A stretch of DNA of 64,000 bases from Phallusia mammillata. Lineage: Eukaryota. Under the pieces are notes generated by a model. That model was given only the letters and a program-made list of their open reading frames with translations. It was not told the origin of the DNA and did no database searches. The stretch spans positions 20,708,001 through 20,772,000 of the forward strand of contig OZ281495.1 of NCBI GenBank assembly GCA_965637545.1, in the 5' to 3' direction. The position numbers and the translations under genes are program-made. Positions 63,601 through 64,000 of this stretch are shown in pieces. The first letter of the stretch is position 1. Each line of letters starts with the position of its first letter.

Positions 63601-64000
63601 TTTGAGGAATATGTTGATGAATATCTTCCAAAACTGCAACACAACATCGAAGAATGGCAAAAATATCTTCATTCGACATTCGGATTGGCGAGAAAAAATC
63701 GTCGACTTAGTCCGCACCGATCAAGCTTCGACACTGCTATCCAATGGAATCTATTCAGCTCACATTAAAGAGTGGCAGCGTTTGTTCAACCCTTCCAGTT
63801 TAAAAGTTGTAGACGGTAACCGATTCATAGATAACCCTGGTTTAATTATTGAAGACCTTCAAGATTTTATTGGAATCCCGAAAGTTTTATTGAGGGAGGA
63901 CTTTGTTCGCCATCCAGACACGGGGTTCTTTTGCTATCGTCAGATAACAGCGCAACATAAGTACACAAAGTCAGTGGGCGATGTCAAACAACTCAAGTGT
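60603..64000 (+). pseudogene. HS3ST-like copy 6, net +1 frameshift in the last exon, runs off the window
   Basis: Exons 60603-60803, 60978-61141 and 63031-63205 are open. The last exon starts at 63550 and shifts frame near 63660-63685 (cattcga cattcgga); the correct frame then continues LSNGIYSAHIKEW...GFFC to the window end. Confidence 0.75.
62605..62905 (+). mobile_element. MITE with gggcc subterminal repeats in intron 2 of copy 6
   Basis: Starts ctagagttgcaagtcgggccgggc; homologous to 16850-17125. Right boundary approximate. Confidence 0.55.

Overview
AT-rich, intron-containing animal genomic DNA. The compact introns, hAT MITEs and acceptor-like AG sites just before most start codons suggest a tunicate or similar invertebrate, but the species cannot be fixed from the sequence. 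Contents, left to right: (1) a complete 12-exon secreted Ntn-hydrolase (Dictyostelium dcd1/acid-ceramidase-like) on the minus strand; (2) a TSD-flanked RTE-clade LINE with a twister ribozyme core at its 5' end and an internal deletion of the endonuclease; (3) a cluster of six HS3ST-like sulfotransferase genes (2 intact, 4 disrupted) interleaved with four NXPE/PC-esterase genes (1 intact, 3 truncated), repeatedly arranged NXPE then sulfotransferase; (4) a near-identical ~8 kb tandem duplication and a hAT element whose 1556-bp interior is tandemly amplified; (5) a spliced minus-strand gene (50111 to 42986) encoding about 19 Ser/Arg-rich repeats, each on its own exon within a ~151-bp exon+intron tandem array, followed by two C2H2-like zinc fingers, a tyrosine recombinase domain and a Tudor-like domain; (6) many hAT MITEs with 8-bp TSDs. 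The ZnF-YR-Tudor gene with its exon array and the NXPE-sulfotransferase cassette are the best candidates for undescribed systems. All gene models, alignments and coordinates were worked out by eye and no database searches were run.
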